Shown: positions 26,528-37,086 of the stretch, piece after piece | Position numbering within the stretch: position 1 is the stretch's first letter | Layout of the letters: each line of letters starts with the position of its first letter | Assembly: GCA_049975265.1 (NCBI GenBank) | Contig: JBNGDF010000012.1 | Span: 1,513-65,512 of the forward strand | Length of the DNA: 64,000 nucleotides | DNA from: Fidelibacterota bacterium | GTDB taxonomy: Bacteria > Fidelibacterota > UBA2242 | Reading direction: 5' to 3' | Program-made: the position numbers and the translations under genes | Notes under the pieces: generated by a model | Databases searched by the model: none | The model's input: the letters and a program-made list of their open reading frames with translations, nothing else | Told to the model about the DNA's origin: nothing

Positions 26528-29410
26528 ATGCGAAAGATTATCGGCGGATTGTGTCTGTTCATGTTTCTGCGGGTCGGGCTAGCGCAGGTTCAGCCGGAGG
26601 AGCAGCTGTTCGTTCCCTGGAATGTTGACTCCATGGGAAATGTCAGCTATACTCTCGATCCGGAGGGGCGGGTCGGACCGCAAAATTTTCGGGTTAATGG
26701 TGACAATGTATATCTGCTGGATCAGCATCAGCGGGTCATTCACCACTATGTTTCGGGGCATTTGGCGGATCGGCTGCCGGTTCCCCGGTCTGCCCGGGAT
26801 TTTATCATTCAACCCGACGGTGAATATGCCTATCTGGCGGATAATGGGATTATTATTTACAGGAATGGAAAGATGGCTGCATCGATTCGGCAGAGCGGAC
26901 CGTTGCCCATTATTCAGAAAATCAAACAGTTTCAAAATGAGATTGTCGCCATTAACCATGACGGCTCGGTATCAAAAATCACCAATCAGCGTCTGTCAAA
27001 AGCCGTTTCACCGGGGATACCCACCTGTGATCTGAAAAAAGAATCCCGGTCCCGGGCAACCGTCACCCTGTTGGATGAAAACGGGGACCGGACGGAAACA
27101 ATCAATCTGGATATTCCCGGTCACAATCTGGGCTCCTTTGGTTTGGTTGGTGTTGACAAATATGATCGCCTTTTTCTGAATTTGGACCTGATTATCCGGG
27201 AGATTCCGCTGAAGGTTCAGCGGGAGGTCTGGATTGTGAAATCATCCGGAGAGCACGCCGGGACAATCACGATTCCGCCCCATTGCTACGCAAAAATGTG
27301 GAACGATTTGCGCCTGGATGAAGACGGAATTCTCTATCATATGCTGTCTTCGGATGACGGGATTCATATTATCAAATGGGATTTATCACGGGAAAATTCC
27401 ACGATATTCGAAGCGGTCTATCCTGAGAAATTTCAACGCTACCTGCACTATAATGAGGCAATTCAGGAAGAATCGCCGGCATTGGAAAAAAAAAGCCCGC
27501 TCAGTAAACTCAGCGCCGTGGTAACTCGCAGCGAGGCGCTGGCGATTGCCGAGACCTATGTGGTGCATGGCTGGACGGCAACAGCGGCGAATATTACAAA
27601 CGGATTAATCACCGATCCCGACGGGGTGGAACTCTGGACGCCGGAATGGGTTCAGTTGGGGACGAACTATAAGGTTCCCTACAAGTGGGGCGGCTTCAAT
27701 ACAATCCCGCAATTCGATCAGGGATTATCGGATGGTAAATCCGCCGGAGACCGGGCGACCAGCGGCGTCAGCAGTTATGCCGTGGGGGTGGACTGCTCCG
27801 GTTTTGTGTCCCGCTGCTGGAAATTGACGTCCCATTATTCGACCCGCAGCATGGATGTCGATGTGAGCTGGGATAATGTCGATGGTCCGATCACAACGTT
27901 ACTTGATTCCTGGGATATTATTAAACCGGGCGACGCCATCCATAAACACGGGCATGTGATCCTGGCGGTGTCCAATTTGGGGGATGGAAGTATACTTGCC
28001 GTGGAAGCGGCGGGCTCAAAGACCGATTGGCGGGTGAATTATACGAATCGCACCTATTCGGAGATTGCCGATTATTCTCCCCGCGAGTATATCAACATGA
28101 TCGGTCCCTATATTCCTATGGCTCAACCAGTATTACTTACTACTATAGATAATGATATCCATGCATCGTTTAGTTGGAATCTTGGCTCTCAGGAAAATAT
28201 CAGCGGCATCCGTGTTGAATATTCGGAAGACGGGGAAAACTGGATCTCATTGCTGGGCGATTCGCTGATTGCAGCGGATATTACGAATGTTGATTATGAG
28301 TGGTCTGACGGTCCCGGGTTTATCCGGGTAAAGTCCATCAATAATGAAGGAGATGCCGACATCGAGAGTCTGCCGTCGGACACCTACGGTTTTTATACTG
28401 CTCCCGTGGCAGATGGGAAAGTATTGATCGTAGATGGTTTTGATCGGAGAGGCAGCTGGAGTTTGCCATATCATGCTTTTGCGCAATGGATGGGTGCCGA
28501 TTTAGCCGCTTTGGGAATTTCTTTTGAGACCGTCGCCAATGAAGCGCTCACCGCCGGGGCGGTCCAACTCTCTGATTACCGGGCGGTTTACTGGATTTTG
28601 GGTGATGAAAGCACGGATGACGAAACTTTTTCCGATGTCGAACAGGATTTGGTTGAGGATTATCTGGAAAACGGCGGTCAGCTCTTTGTCAGCGGATCGG
28701 AGATCGCCTGGGATCTGGATTACGAAGGCAGTGCGGCAGACAAATCATTTTTTCTGCAATATCTCCATGCCGATTATGATAAAGACGATGCGGGAATTTA
28801 CAATGTGATTGGTACCGAGGACGGAATATTTGCCGGTCTGACTTTTGAGTTTGACGATGGCTCCGGTGGGATTTATGAAGAAGATTATCCCGATCAGATT
28901 TCTCCCAAGCTGGGCGCTGCAGCCTGTCTTGAATACTCGTCCGGAAACGCTGCAGCAATTCAATACGAAGGAGCCTTTTTAGATGGCTCGACTCCGGGAA
29001 AACTGGTCTATTTCGGTTTTCCCTGGGAAACCATTACGGATCGCCAGCAACGCAGAACAATATTGAAAATTATCTCCCAGTGGTTCGGTTTTGATTGTAT
29101 GGATACTGCTCCCGATCATCCGCCTTTACCGGCGACCGCGACGCTCAGTCACGGCTACCCCAATCCCTTTAACAGTCGGGTCACTTTCAAACTGATGATA
29201 CCGGGGAATGACCCTTTTGAGGGTTATATTTATAATTCCAGAGGACAGATTGTCCGCAAAATAAACCATTACGGGAATAAACAGAAAGAATATTTACTGA
29301 CCTGGGACGGATGCAATGCTTACGGGCAGAGCGTCGCTTCCGGCTGTTATTTGCTGCAGGTTGTCTGCGGTGATCAGGTTCTCACGGAAAAGATGGTCTT
29401 GCTAAAATAA
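26528..29410 (+). CDS. large secreted protein with papain-like (NlpC/P60/CHAP-like) domain and T9SS C-terminal sorting domain
   Basis: Signal peptide. YKWGGF...GVDCSGFVSRCW...KHGHVILAV is a Cys-His papain-like motif. C-terminal YPNPFNSRVTFKL...YLLQVV...MVLLK is a T9SS CTD. Confidence 0.6.
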   Translation: MRKIIGGLCLFMFLRVGLAQVQPEEQLFVPWNVDSMGNVSYTLDPEGRVGPQNFRVNGDNVYLLDQHQRVIHHYVSGHLADRLPVPRSARDFIIQPDGEYAYLADNGIIIYRNGKMAASIRQSGPLPIIQKIKQFQNEIVAINHDGSVSKITNQRLSKAVSPGIPTCDLKKESRSRATVTLLDENGDRTETINLDIPGHNLGSFGLVGVDKYDRLFLNLDLIIREIPLKVQREVWIVKSSGEHAGTITIPPHCYAKMWNDLRLDEDGILYHMLSSDDGIHIIKWDLSRENSTIFEAVYPEKFQRYLHYNEAIQEESPALEKKSPLSKLSAVVTRSEALAIAETYVVHGWTATAANITNGLITDPDGVELWTPEWVQLGTNYKVPYKWGGFNTIPQFDQGLSDGKSAGDRATSGVSSYAVGVDCSGFVSRCWKLTSHYSTRSMDVDVSWDNVDGPITTLLDSWDIIKPGDAIHKHGHVILAVSNLGDGSILAVEAAGSKTDWRVNYTNRTYSEIADYSPREYINMIGPYIPMAQPVLLTTIDNDIHASFSWNLGSQENISGIRVEYSEDGENWISLLGDSLIAADITNVDYEWSDGPGFIRVKSINNEGDADIESLPSDTYGFYTAPVADGKVLIVDGFDRRGSWSLPYHAFAQWMGADLAALGISFETVANEALTAGAVQLSDYRAVYWILGDESTDDETFSDVEQDLVEDYLENGGQLFVSGSEIAWDLDYEGSAADKSFFLQYLHADYDKDDAGIYNVIGTEDGIFAGLTFEFDDGSGGIYEEDYPDQISPKLGAAACLEYSSGNAAAIQYEGAFLDGSTPGKLVYFGFPWETITDRQQRRTILKIISQWFGFDCMDTAPDHPPLPATATLSHGYPNPFNSRVTFKLMIPGNDPFEGYIYNSRGQIVRKINHYGNKQKEYLLTWDGCNAYGQSVASGCYLLQVVCGDQVLTEKMVLLK

Positions 29411-29424
29411 ACAGAGGAGAGGAT

Positions 29425-30816
29425 ATGGCGAAGTTGACATTTTTGGGTGCGACGCAGACAGTCACCGGTTCCAAATTTCTGCTGGAAGCCGGTGGAAAAA
29501 AGTTGCTAATCGACTGTGGACTGTTCCAGGGTTTGAAGGAGTTGCGGTTGCGCAACTGGGAGGATTTTCCGATGGATCCCGCGAGTATTGATATGGTGAT
29601 CCTGACGCATGCCCATATTGATCATACCGGCTACCTGCCGAAACTGGTGCAGCTGGGCTTTCAGGGAAAGATTTATGCGACGCCGGCGACTGCAGATCTG
29701 TGTGGAATCATGCTGCCCGATTCGGCGCATCTCCAGGAAGAGGATGCCAAATACGCCAACAAGAAGCAGTTTAGCAAGCACAAACCGGCGTTGCCGCTGT
29801 ATACGGTGGCGGATGCGGAGCGGGCGCTGGAGCTGTTTGAGCCGCTGCCCTATGGCAAAAAAATCGAGATCGGTTCCGGCATGACGCTCTGCTACCGAGA
29901 TGCCGGACATATCCTTGGATCGGCGTTTGTGGATATCCGGATTCAGCAGGAGAAGGGTGAACGGAGGATTCTATTTTCCGGGGATCTGGGGCGTCCGGCG
30001 CAACCGATTCTGCGCGACCCGCATACCGTGTATGGAACCGATTATCTTGTAATAGAATCCACCTATGGCGACCGCCTCCACGGTGAGACCGATCGCAAGG
30101 AGGATCTGGCGCGGATCATCAATGAGAGTTATGAACGCGGCGGCGTGTTGATTATTCCCTCCTTTGCCGTCGGACGAACCCAGGAGCTGCTGTTTACGAT
30201 CCGGGAGCTGGAAGAGGAACAGCGTGTACCGATTATGCCGATCTTTGTGGACAGCCCGATGGCGATTCACGCCACCGATGTGTTCGAAAAGAATACACAG
30301 GATCACGATCTGGAATCGAAAGTAGCGGCGCTGAAAGGGGTGGAAATTTTAAAAACAACGGATTTACGAGTCGCCCAGACAGCCGAACAGTCAAAAGCAA
30401 TCAACAATATTTCCGATAAGGCGATCATTATTTCCGCCAGTGGAATGGTAACCGGCGGGCGCATTTTGCATCATCTCAGTAATCGCCTGGGGAATCCTCA
30501 AAACACTGTGCTCTTCATTGGCTATCAGGCTGAAGGGACCCGGGGTCGGACGATCATGGAGGGGGCTGAGGCGGTGAAAATTCATGGTCAGCAGGTCCCG
30601 ATCAATGCCAAAATCGAGCAGATCAGCGGCTTTTCAGCCCATGCCGATTACAATGAAATCTTAGCCTGGCTGTCGAATTTCAATGAGGCGCCGCGAAAGA
30701 TTTTCATTGTGCACGGTGAGGCTTCGCAATCGGCGGCGCTGGGAAAACGAATTGCGGAAACATTCAACTGGGAGACGGTGATTCCGGAATATTTGCAATC
30801 CTTTGAGCTGAGCTGA
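29425..30816 (+). CDS. MBL-fold beta-CASP ribonuclease
   Basis: LTHAHIDHTGYLP (HxHxDH) plus beta-CASP and C-terminal RNA-specificity segments. 463 aa. RBS GGAGAGGA. Confidence 0.75.
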   Translation: MAKLTFLGATQTVTGSKFLLEAGGKKLLIDCGLFQGLKELRLRNWEDFPMDPASIDMVILTHAHIDHTGYLPKLVQLGFQGKIYATPATADLCGIMLPDSAHLQEEDAKYANKKQFSKHKPALPLYTVADAERALELFEPLPYGKKIEIGSGMTLCYRDAGHILGSAFVDIRIQQEKGERRILFSGDLGRPAQPILRDPHTVYGTDYLVIESTYGDRLHGETDRKEDLARIINESYERGGVLIIPSFAVGRTQELLFTIRELEEEQRVPIMPIFVDSPMAIHATDVFEKNTQDHDLESKVAALKGVEILKTTDLRVAQTAEQSKAINNISDKAIIISASGMVTGGRILHHLSNRLGNPQNTVLFIGYQAEGTRGRTIMEGAEAVKIHGQQVPINAKIEQISGFSAHADYNEILAWLSNFNEAPRKIFIVHGEASQSAALGKRIAETFNWETVIPEYLQSFELS

Positions 30817-30820
30817 TTTC

Positions 30821-32146
30821 ATGGAACTGTTTGATAAACAGGGAGAACAGGCGGCGCTTTTACCACCGCTGGCGGAGCGGATGCGACCGGCGGATATCGA
30901 GGACTTTGTCGGACAGGAACATCTGACCGCGGAGGGAAAAATTTTGCGGAAAGCGCTGGTGTCGGGCGGGGTCTTTTCGATGCTGTTCTGGGGACCGCCC
31001 GGCTCCGGTAAAACGACTCTGGCGAAAATCATTGCCAATCGAGCCGAAGCCAGATTCTTTCAGCTGAGTGCCGTATCTGCCGGCGTGAAGGATGTCCGCA
31101 AGATTATCGATCAGGCGGAACTGAACCGGCGCCAGAATCGGAAAACCATCCTCTTTATCGATGAAATTCACCGTTTCAACAAGGCACAACAGGATGCGCT
31201 GCTGCATGCGGTGGAGAACGGTTCGATTGTCCTGATTGGCGCCACCACGGAGAACCCCTCGTTTGAGGTCATTGCACCGCTCCTTTCGCGCTGTCGGGTA
31301 TTGAAATTGAAATCGCTGAGTGAGAAGAATCTGGAGACAATCCTCACCCACGCCCTGGAAAGCGACATTGTTCTGCAGAAGTGGGATATCCGGATTGAAG
31401 CCGCCGCCCGGCGGTTTCTGCTGCGGACCGTCAATGGTGATGCCCGTAAATTACTGAATGCGCTGGACATCTGTCTGCATCTGGCAGCACCGGACGAAGG
31501 AAATCGGGTTCATATAGATCAGAACCTGATCCGGGAGGCTCTCCAGCAACGTAATTTGCTCTATGATAAAAAGGGTGATTACCATTATGATGTCATTTCG
31601 GCATTTATCAAAAGCGTGCGCGGCAGCGATCCCGACGCAGCGGTGTACTGGCTGACCGTTATGCTCGAGAACGGAGAGGACCCGCTGTTTATTGCCCGGC
31701 GTCTCATTATTCTCGCCAGCGAAGATATCGGCAATGCCAGTCCGCTGGCGCTGACTGTGGCGACGTCGGGATTTCAGGCGGTACATGCAATCGGGATGCC
31801 GGAGGCGGCGATCATTCTGGCACAGGTGACCAACTATCTGGCGGCTTCGCCGAAAAGCAATGCCTCCTATCTGTCCCTGGAGCAAGCCCGTCAGGTGGTC
31901 AGAGAGGGCATACTTCCGATCGTTCCGCTACATCTCAGAAACGCACCCACCGGGCTGATGAAGTCACTGGATTACGGGAAAGAGTATCGCTACCCTCACG
32001 ATTTCGCCGATGATTTTGTGGCACAATCCTATCTTCCGGAGGAATTGGGAGAGCAGCTGTTCTACCATCCGAAAGATCGTGGTGTGGAGAAGTATATCAA
32101 AGACCGCCTGAAACGGCTTTGGCCTAAGCGTTATCAAAAGGATTAA
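30821..32146 (+). CDS. rarA: replication-associated recombination protein A (AAA+ ATPase)
   Basis: Walker [16 protein letters not shown], Walker [12 protein letters not shown], and the C-terminal MgsA-type domain. Confidence 0.9.
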   Translation: MELFDKQGEQAALLPPLAERMRPADIEDFVGQEHLTAEGKILRKALVSGGVFSMLFWGPPGSGKTTLAKIIANRAEARFFQLSAVSAGVKDVRKIIDQAELNRRQNRKTILFIDEIHRFNKAQQDALLHAVENGSIVLIGATTENPSFEVIAPLLSRCRVLKLKSLSEKNLETILTHALESDIVLQKWDIRIEAAARRFLLRTVNGDARKLLNALDICLHLAAPDEGNRVHIDQNLIREALQQRNLLYDKKGDYHYDVISAFIKSVRGSDPDAAVYWLTVMLENGEDPLFIARRLIILASEDIGNASPLALTVATSGFQAVHAIGMPEAAIILAQVTNYLAASPKSNASYLSLEQARQVVREGILPIVPLHLRNAPTGLMKSLDYGKEYRYPHDFADDFVAQSYLPEELGEQLFYHPKDRGVEKYIKDRLKRLWPKRYQKD

Positions 32147-32292
32147 TTATAGCCATACCGGGGAGTTGCGGTATTATTGCGCAATATTTCGGTCGATTTA
32201 TTGACAATTAATGATATTTTTTAAAACGGGGCTTGATTTTAATGATAATGTTAAGTATTTTGAGTCGAATTTTTGAGCGAAGGGGCGAATCG

Positions 32293-32553
32293 ATGAAAAG
32301 AAAAATTGTACGAGTTGGTGCAAGTCTTTGTATACTATTACCCAAAGACGTGATTAAAACGATGGATTGGGACTTTGGCGATCCCATCGACCTGATCCTG
32401 GATGAAGAGAACGAGAAGGTGGTTCTGCGCAATCCCCCCGAAGAGGAGCCGAAGCAGAAAACCTATCTTGAGGAATTCAATAGTTTTCTGGAAGATTACG
32501 GCGGCGTTTTGGAACAGATTGACGCTGACGAAGAAGTAAGCAATCGAGGTTGA
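32293..32553 (+). CDS. AbrB/MazE-type (SpoVT-AbrB swapped-hairpin) antitoxin-like protein 1
   Basis: MKRKIVRVGASLCILLPKDVIKTMDWDFGDPIDLILDEENEKVVLR fits a MazE/AbrB swapped-hairpin domain. The real start is internal to track ORF 32233. RBS AAGGGG. TTGACA -35-like box upstream. Confidence 0.55.
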   Translation: MKRKIVRVGASLCILLPKDVIKTMDWDFGDPIDLILDEENEKVVLRNPPEEEPKQKTYLEEFNSFLEDYGGVLEQIDADEEVSNRG

Positions 32554-32554
32554 T

Positions 32555-32797
32555 ATGCAGCGAAAAATTATACGGGTAGGATCCAGCCGGGGCGTACTGC
32601 TGCCGAGGGAAGTAACCAAAGCCATGCACTGGGATTTCGGAACAGAGGTCGATCTGGATGTAGACAAGGATCGCAGGGAGGTTACCCTGAAAACCATCAA
32701 GGTCAGCCTGCCGGACGATTATGAAATGGAACATCTGCGGGGTATTGAAGAGCGATTAATGATGCATGCCGATCTGCTGGGAGGTATCGATGACTGA
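32555..32797 (+). CDS. AbrB/MazE-type antitoxin-like protein 2 (paralog of upstream gene)
   Basis: MQRKIIRVGSSRGVLLPREVTKAMHWDFGTEVDLDVDKDRREVTL is about 50% identical to gene 1 over the swapped-hairpin domain. There is a 1-nt gap to gene 1. RBS GAGG. Confidence 0.55.
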   Translation: MQRKIIRVGSSRGVLLPREVTKAMHWDFGTEVDLDVDKDRREVTLKTIKVSLPDDYEMEHLRGIEERLMMHADLLGGIDD

Positions 32798-33188
32798 TGA
32801 TCAGAAAAGAGAACTGAAGTTGCTCTGCTATGTCAATTGGATGATGGCAAAAAAGTTCGAAGATGAATACGGGATTCGTGATCTTGACAAGCTGAAAAAC
32901 GTGGTGGAGCTGCCGGGCGGCGGTTCGCTGACCAGTTTTTTAGGCGAGCGGCTCTCCAATCGCCGCGATCTATATTCCCAGCTGGGTTGGTTTGTCTACT
33001 ATATGATAGACGGCGAACCGTTTATCACCAGAAACCGTGCGATGGTGCTGTTGATGCTGATCTGGACCCTGAGTTACTACCGGCTTGAATTTGATCTCGA
33101 GGCGCTGGCGGACTTTGTCGTTATGCTGGACCCTATGAAACAGGGGAATTCGGATATCTCCCTGTGGTTGTCGAATAACTGCCGTTAG
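32790..33188 (+). CDS. Doc/Fic-family-like protein with degenerate active-site motif (putative toxin or pseudo-toxin)
   Basis: Aligns end to end with P1 Doc: YG...P N-terminal region and ...LADFVV...GNSDISLW C-terminal region. The core motif is GEPFITRNRAMVLL versus Doc GHIFNDANKRTALN, so the catalytic His and Arg are lost. ATG overlaps the gene 2 stop (ATGACTGA). RBS GGAGG. Confidence 0.45.
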   Translation: MTDDQKRELKLLCYVNWMMAKKFEDEYGIRDLDKLKNVVELPGGGSLTSFLGERLSNRRDLYSQLGWFVYYMIDGEPFITRNRAMVLLMLIWTLSYYRLEFDLEALADFVVMLDPMKQGNSDISLWLSNNCR

Positions 33189-33220
33189 CCGCCGCAGTGA
33201 ACAACCGTTCTTGATGCAAA

Positions 33221-33253
33221 AAACACCTTCTGGGGCGAAGGTGTTTTTTTTTA
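33221..33253 (+). terminator. rho-independent terminator
   Basis: ACACCTTCTGGGGCGAAGGTGT hairpin followed by T9. Confidence 0.8.
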
Positions 33254-33277
33254 TATTTGTGAATTGAGGAGATTACA

Positions 33278-34990
33278 ATGAGCTTACAGAAAATGATCAT
33301 GGCGGCGCGGGGACAGGTGCCGGCTGATCTGCTGATTACGAATGTGCGGGTGATGAACCTGTTGTCCGGAGAGATTATTGAAACCGCTGTTGCGGTTTTT
33401 GCTGGCAAAGTTATCGGCTTTGGTGATTATGAGGCTGGGGCGACAATCGATGGCGAGGGAGCTTATCTGGCACCGGGACTCATTGACGGTCATGTTCATC
33501 TGGAAAGTTCAATGTTGGGTCCGGCGGAGTTTGCCAGAGCGGTGGTGCCGATGGGCACAACGGCGATTGTTGCCGATCCCCATGAAATCGTCAACGTCAT
33601 GGGTCTGGAGGGATTGAAATATCTGCTGGACGCCGGTATGGATTTGCCGCTGGAAATTTTCTTCATGCTGCCCTCCTGTGTTCCGGCGACTCATCTGGAG
33701 ACCTCCGGTGCGGTGGTTACCGCCGATGATATACGTACGTGGATTGACAATCCGCGTATTCTGGGTGTCGGCGAAATGATGAATTTCCCCGGAGTACTGT
33801 TCGGTGACCCGGCGGTGCTGGATAAATTGGCGGTAGCGGGTGCGAAAAGGATTGATGGTCATGCACCGCTGGTACGTGGCAGGGAATTGTCCGCCTACAT
33901 TGCGGCAGGCATCCGTTCCGACCACGAGAGCAGCGAGATTGAAGAGGCGCGGGAGAAGCTGCAAAAGGGGATGTTTCTCATGATCCGGGATGGTTCAGCA
34001 GCACGGAATCTGAAGGATTTACTACCGCTGGTTACGCCTCTGAATGCCCGCCACTGCGGCTTTGTCACCGACGACCGCCATCCCGATTTTCTGCTGGACT
34101 TCGGTCACATTAATTCCATGGTGCGGGATGCCATTGCGTTCGGGATCGATCCACTGATCGCCTTGCAGATGGCGTCTCTGAATACGGCACAGTATTTCGG
34201 ACTACGAACCAAAGGTGCCGTGGCACCCGGTTATGATGCGGACCTGATTTTATTCGATAATTTTGATAATTTTACGATTAAAAAGGTATTTAAAACCGGT
34301 CGCCTGGTGGCTGAGAATGGCGAGATTGTGCCGTTTAAAGCTCCCCGGACAGCAGCGCTGCCCCGGACGGTTCAAATTAAGGAAATGTCTCTGTCTGATC
34401 TTGTTATCAGACCTGAGCCGGCGTCGCAGGTCAACGCCATTGTCGTTGTCCCAAACCAGCTGATTACCAAAAAGGTGGTTCTGGAGTGTCGGGTTGCAGA
34501 CGGATGTGCTGTCAGCGATCCGGGGCGGGACCTGCTGAAAATGGCGGTGGTGGAGCGCCATCACGCCAGTGGCAATATCGGACTGGGATTTGTGCGGGGG
34601 CTTGGTTTGCAGGGCGGCGCGCTTGCCTCGACGGTGGCGCACGACTCGCATAATATTATCGTCATCGGCACCGACGACAGAGATATGCTGTTTGCCGTTA
34701 AGGAAATTCAAAGGATGGGTGGTGGGCAACTGGTCGTGAAGGACCAAAAAGTCCTGGCGGCGTTACCGCTGCCGATCGCTGGTCTGATGAGTGACAGACC
34801 GCTACTGGAGGTTCGTGCCGCAATGGATAAGGTCAATGAGAAGGCGCGCGAGCTGGGTTGCTCATTGGAAAATCCCTTTATGACGCTGTCGTTTCTGGCG
34901 CTGCCGGTGATCCCGGAACTGAAACTGACCGATAAAGGATTGGTAGATGTAACGAAGTTTGATTTTATCCCGCTGTTTGCAAAAAAATAG
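33278..34990 (+). CDS. ade: adenine deaminase
   Basis: 570 aa amidohydrolase. DGHVHLESSMLGP (HxH) plus the C-terminal adenine deaminase domain. RBS GAGGAG. Confidence 0.8.
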   Translation: MSLQKMIMAARGQVPADLLITNVRVMNLLSGEIIETAVAVFAGKVIGFGDYEAGATIDGEGAYLAPGLIDGHVHLESSMLGPAEFARAVVPMGTTAIVADPHEIVNVMGLEGLKYLLDAGMDLPLEIFFMLPSCVPATHLETSGAVVTADDIRTWIDNPRILGVGEMMNFPGVLFGDPAVLDKLAVAGAKRIDGHAPLVRGRELSAYIAAGIRSDHESSEIEEAREKLQKGMFLMIRDGSAARNLKDLLPLVTPLNARHCGFVTDDRHPDFLLDFGHINSMVRDAIAFGIDPLIALQMASLNTAQYFGLRTKGAVAPGYDADLILFDNFDNFTIKKVFKTGRLVAENGEIVPFKAPRTAALPRTVQIKEMSLSDLVIRPEPASQVNAIVVVPNQLITKKVVLECRVADGCAVSDPGRDLLKMAVVERHHASGNIGLGFVRGLGLQGGALASTVAHDSHNIIVIGTDDRDMLFAVKEIQRMGGGQLVVKDQKVLAALPLPIAGLMSDRPLLEVRAAMDKVNEKARELGCSLENPFMTLSFLALPVIPELKLTDKGLVDVTKFDFIPLFAKK

Positions 34991-35000
34991 AAGTCGAATG

Positions 35001-35489
35001 CTATTCGGTTTTCTCGAAGCGGTTCAGATCAACATTCTTGCGGGTGGAAAAGGGCTTAAATATCTGCCCGTTCATCGTCAGGTAAACTCCGTGAGGCAGG
35101 GTCTGGACGGCGGCTACTGCGCAGCCGATATTAAAGGCGGCATCACTGTTTTTAAACCGGGCGGGCTGCATGGAGCCGGTCAGAACGATCGTTTTACCCT
35201 GAATGGCGGATAATGTTTTGGCAGTCTCGATCATGGTGTCGGTGCCGTGGGTGACGATTATGAATTCATGGGGATCGGCGGCAATTTTATCGAGAACCAG
35301 TTGACGGTCAGTGTCGTCCATATCCAGACTGTCTTTCTGCATGACAGATTCGGTTTCAAAGTCGAAGGTCACGTTGGCTTCCTGCAGCACCTCAACGATT
35401 TTGGGATCGCCGACCTGGTAGGCGCTTTTCCGGTCGAAATAGATTTTGTCAATGGTTCCGCCGACGGTGAAAATTTTTATAAACGGCAT
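35001..35489 (-). CDS. asparaginase/glutaminase family N-terminal-domain protein
   Basis: FTVGGTID...IVTHGTDTM (the asparaginase TGGTIAG / hGTDT motifs) in only 162 aa. Confidence 0.5.
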   Translation of the reverse strand: MPFIKIFTVGGTIDKIYFDRKSAYQVGDPKIVEVLQEANVTFDFETESVMQKDSLDMDDTDRQLVLDKIAADPHEFIIVTHGTDTMIETAKTLSAIQGKTIVLTGSMQPARFKNSDAAFNIGCAVAAVQTLPHGVYLTMNGQIFKPFSTRKNVDLNRFEKTE

Positions 35490-35603
35490 AATGATTCCTT
35501 TTCAACATAAATCGCCTTTTAATTTAGGATTAAATCGGCAAATTGGAAATATTTCATAATCGAACCGGTTTGGTTAATTTACTTCTGGTAAACTTGAGGG
35601 TGA

Positions 35604-36644
35604 ATGGAGATGAAAACAGGATTCCGACTTTTTGTGGTGCTGCTGCTGAGTCTGGTTGTCTTACACGCCGGCGGCGAACAGCGTTTTGCCGAATTGGGTG
35701 ATTTTAAACTGGAGAGCGGGCAGATAATCAAAGACTGCCGGATCGGTTATCGCATTCTTGGAGAAATGAATGCTGAAAAATCGAACGTTATTCTATATCC
35801 GACCTGGTTTGGTGGCAGCAGCGAGCATGTTGCGAAATTGGTGGGTCCGGGAAAATTGGTGGATAATAGCGAATTATGTGTCATTGTTGTGGATGCCTTG
35901 GGCAACGGGGTTTCGTCGTCACCGTCGAACAGCCGGCGGCAGCGGAACGCCAAATTTCCGGAATTCACGATTCACGACATGGTAGAGAGTCAGTATCGAT
36001 TGCTTACGGAGCATCTGGGGGTCCGGCATCTATATGGCATTATCGGCGGTTCGATGGGCAGTTTTCAGACCTTTGACTGGCTGGTGAGTTACCCAAAATT
36101 TATGGACAAAGCGCTACCTTATGTTTGTTCGCCGGCGCTGAGCTCATTTGATTTACTGAGGCAGCGGCTGGAGCTGGAAATTATCGAGACAGTCCGGGAT
36201 GCCCGGCGACCCGAGCGGGAAATTCAACGGTTGACCAACATTTATACGGAACTGTTTGCCCGGACGCCGGAATATATTGTCAGGCACCATCCCAGAGAGG
36301 AATTTGAAACCTTTTTCGCCGGTTTTGATCGGGAACCATCAGAGCAATTTACATCCTGGAATAAAGCTGCGCAGCTGCGGGCGATGCAACATCACGATAT
36401 TTATCGTCGTTTTCATAATTCGGCTGAAGAGACCGCTGCCGCGATCCATGCGGAAGTTCTGATGATCGTTTCGGCAACGGATCATCTGGTGAATCCGCTG
36501 CCGGCGATGGAATTTGCCCGGCTGCTGGATTGTGAAATCGTTGTGCTGGAAAATGATTGCGGGCATCTGGCGATCGGTTGCGAGATGGAACGCTGTGCCG
36601 CAATTGTCAATACCTTTTTCAAGAAATCGTTGACGAGTGAATGA
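35604..36644 (+). CDS. secreted alpha/beta hydrolase, homoserine O-acetyltransferase (MetX)-like fold
   Basis: N-terminal hydrophobic signal. GIIGGSMGSFQTFDW is a nucleophile elbow resembling MetX GGSMGG. Confidence 0.5.
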   Translation: MEMKTGFRLFVVLLLSLVVLHAGGEQRFAELGDFKLESGQIIKDCRIGYRILGEMNAEKSNVILYPTWFGGSSEHVAKLVGPGKLVDNSELCVIVVDALGNGVSSSPSNSRRQRNAKFPEFTIHDMVESQYRLLTEHLGVRHLYGIIGGSMGSFQTFDWLVSYPKFMDKALPYVCSPALSSFDLLRQRLELEIIETVRDARRPEREIQRLTNIYTELFARTPEYIVRHHPREEFETFFAGFDREPSEQFTSWNKAAQLRAMQHHDIYRRFHNSAEETAAAIHAEVLMIVSATDHLVNPLPAMEFARLLDCEIVVLENDCGHLAIGCEMERCAAIVNTFFKKSLTSE

Positions 36645-37080
36645 TTTGATGATAAAAGAGAGACTGTCTGGAATCCAGAGACGCCGTATTTTGATCGCCC
36701 TGCTGATTTTGACGCCACTCGGGTTTTACACCAAATTTTATACCGGACCGCTGCAGGATTGGGTGAGGAATTCGCTGGGAGGGGTGTTTTACGAAATATT
36801 CTGGTGCCTTGTGCTGGCTCTGCTTTTCAGGCGCTTGCGTCCGGTCACCATCGCCGGGGTGGTTCTTCTGGTGACCAGTGCGCTGGAATTTCTGCAGCTC
36901 TGGCACCCGTCGTTTCTGGGGTATTTACGAAGCACCTTTCTGGGTGTGACGATTTTGGGAAATTCCTTTACCTGGAGCGACTTCCCCTATTATTTTGTCG
37001 GTTCGGCGTTGGGATATGTTTTGCTGATGCGACTGATACCCGGGAGTGACAAAACAGACCAGGCGGATTGTCCGCGGTAG
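36637..37080 (+). CDS. small membrane protein, DUF2809-like
   Basis: 147 aa, 4 TM. The GGVFYEIFWCLVL pattern is typical of DUF2809. Confidence 0.45.
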   Translation: MNDLMIKERLSGIQRRRILIALLILTPLGFYTKFYTGPLQDWVRNSLGGVFYEIFWCLVLALLFRRLRPVTIAGVVLLVTSALEFLQLWHPSFLGYLRSTFLGVTILGNSFTWSDFPYYFVGSALGYVLLMRLIPGSDKTDQADCPR

Positions 37081-37086
37081 TATTTG

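Noticed and set aside
32147-33253. Mobile element or integrase-associated island around the Doc-like module
   Set aside because: No integrase, transposase or flanking direct repeats visible. Only a promoter and terminator delimit it, so it is reported as a finding rather than a mobile_element feature.
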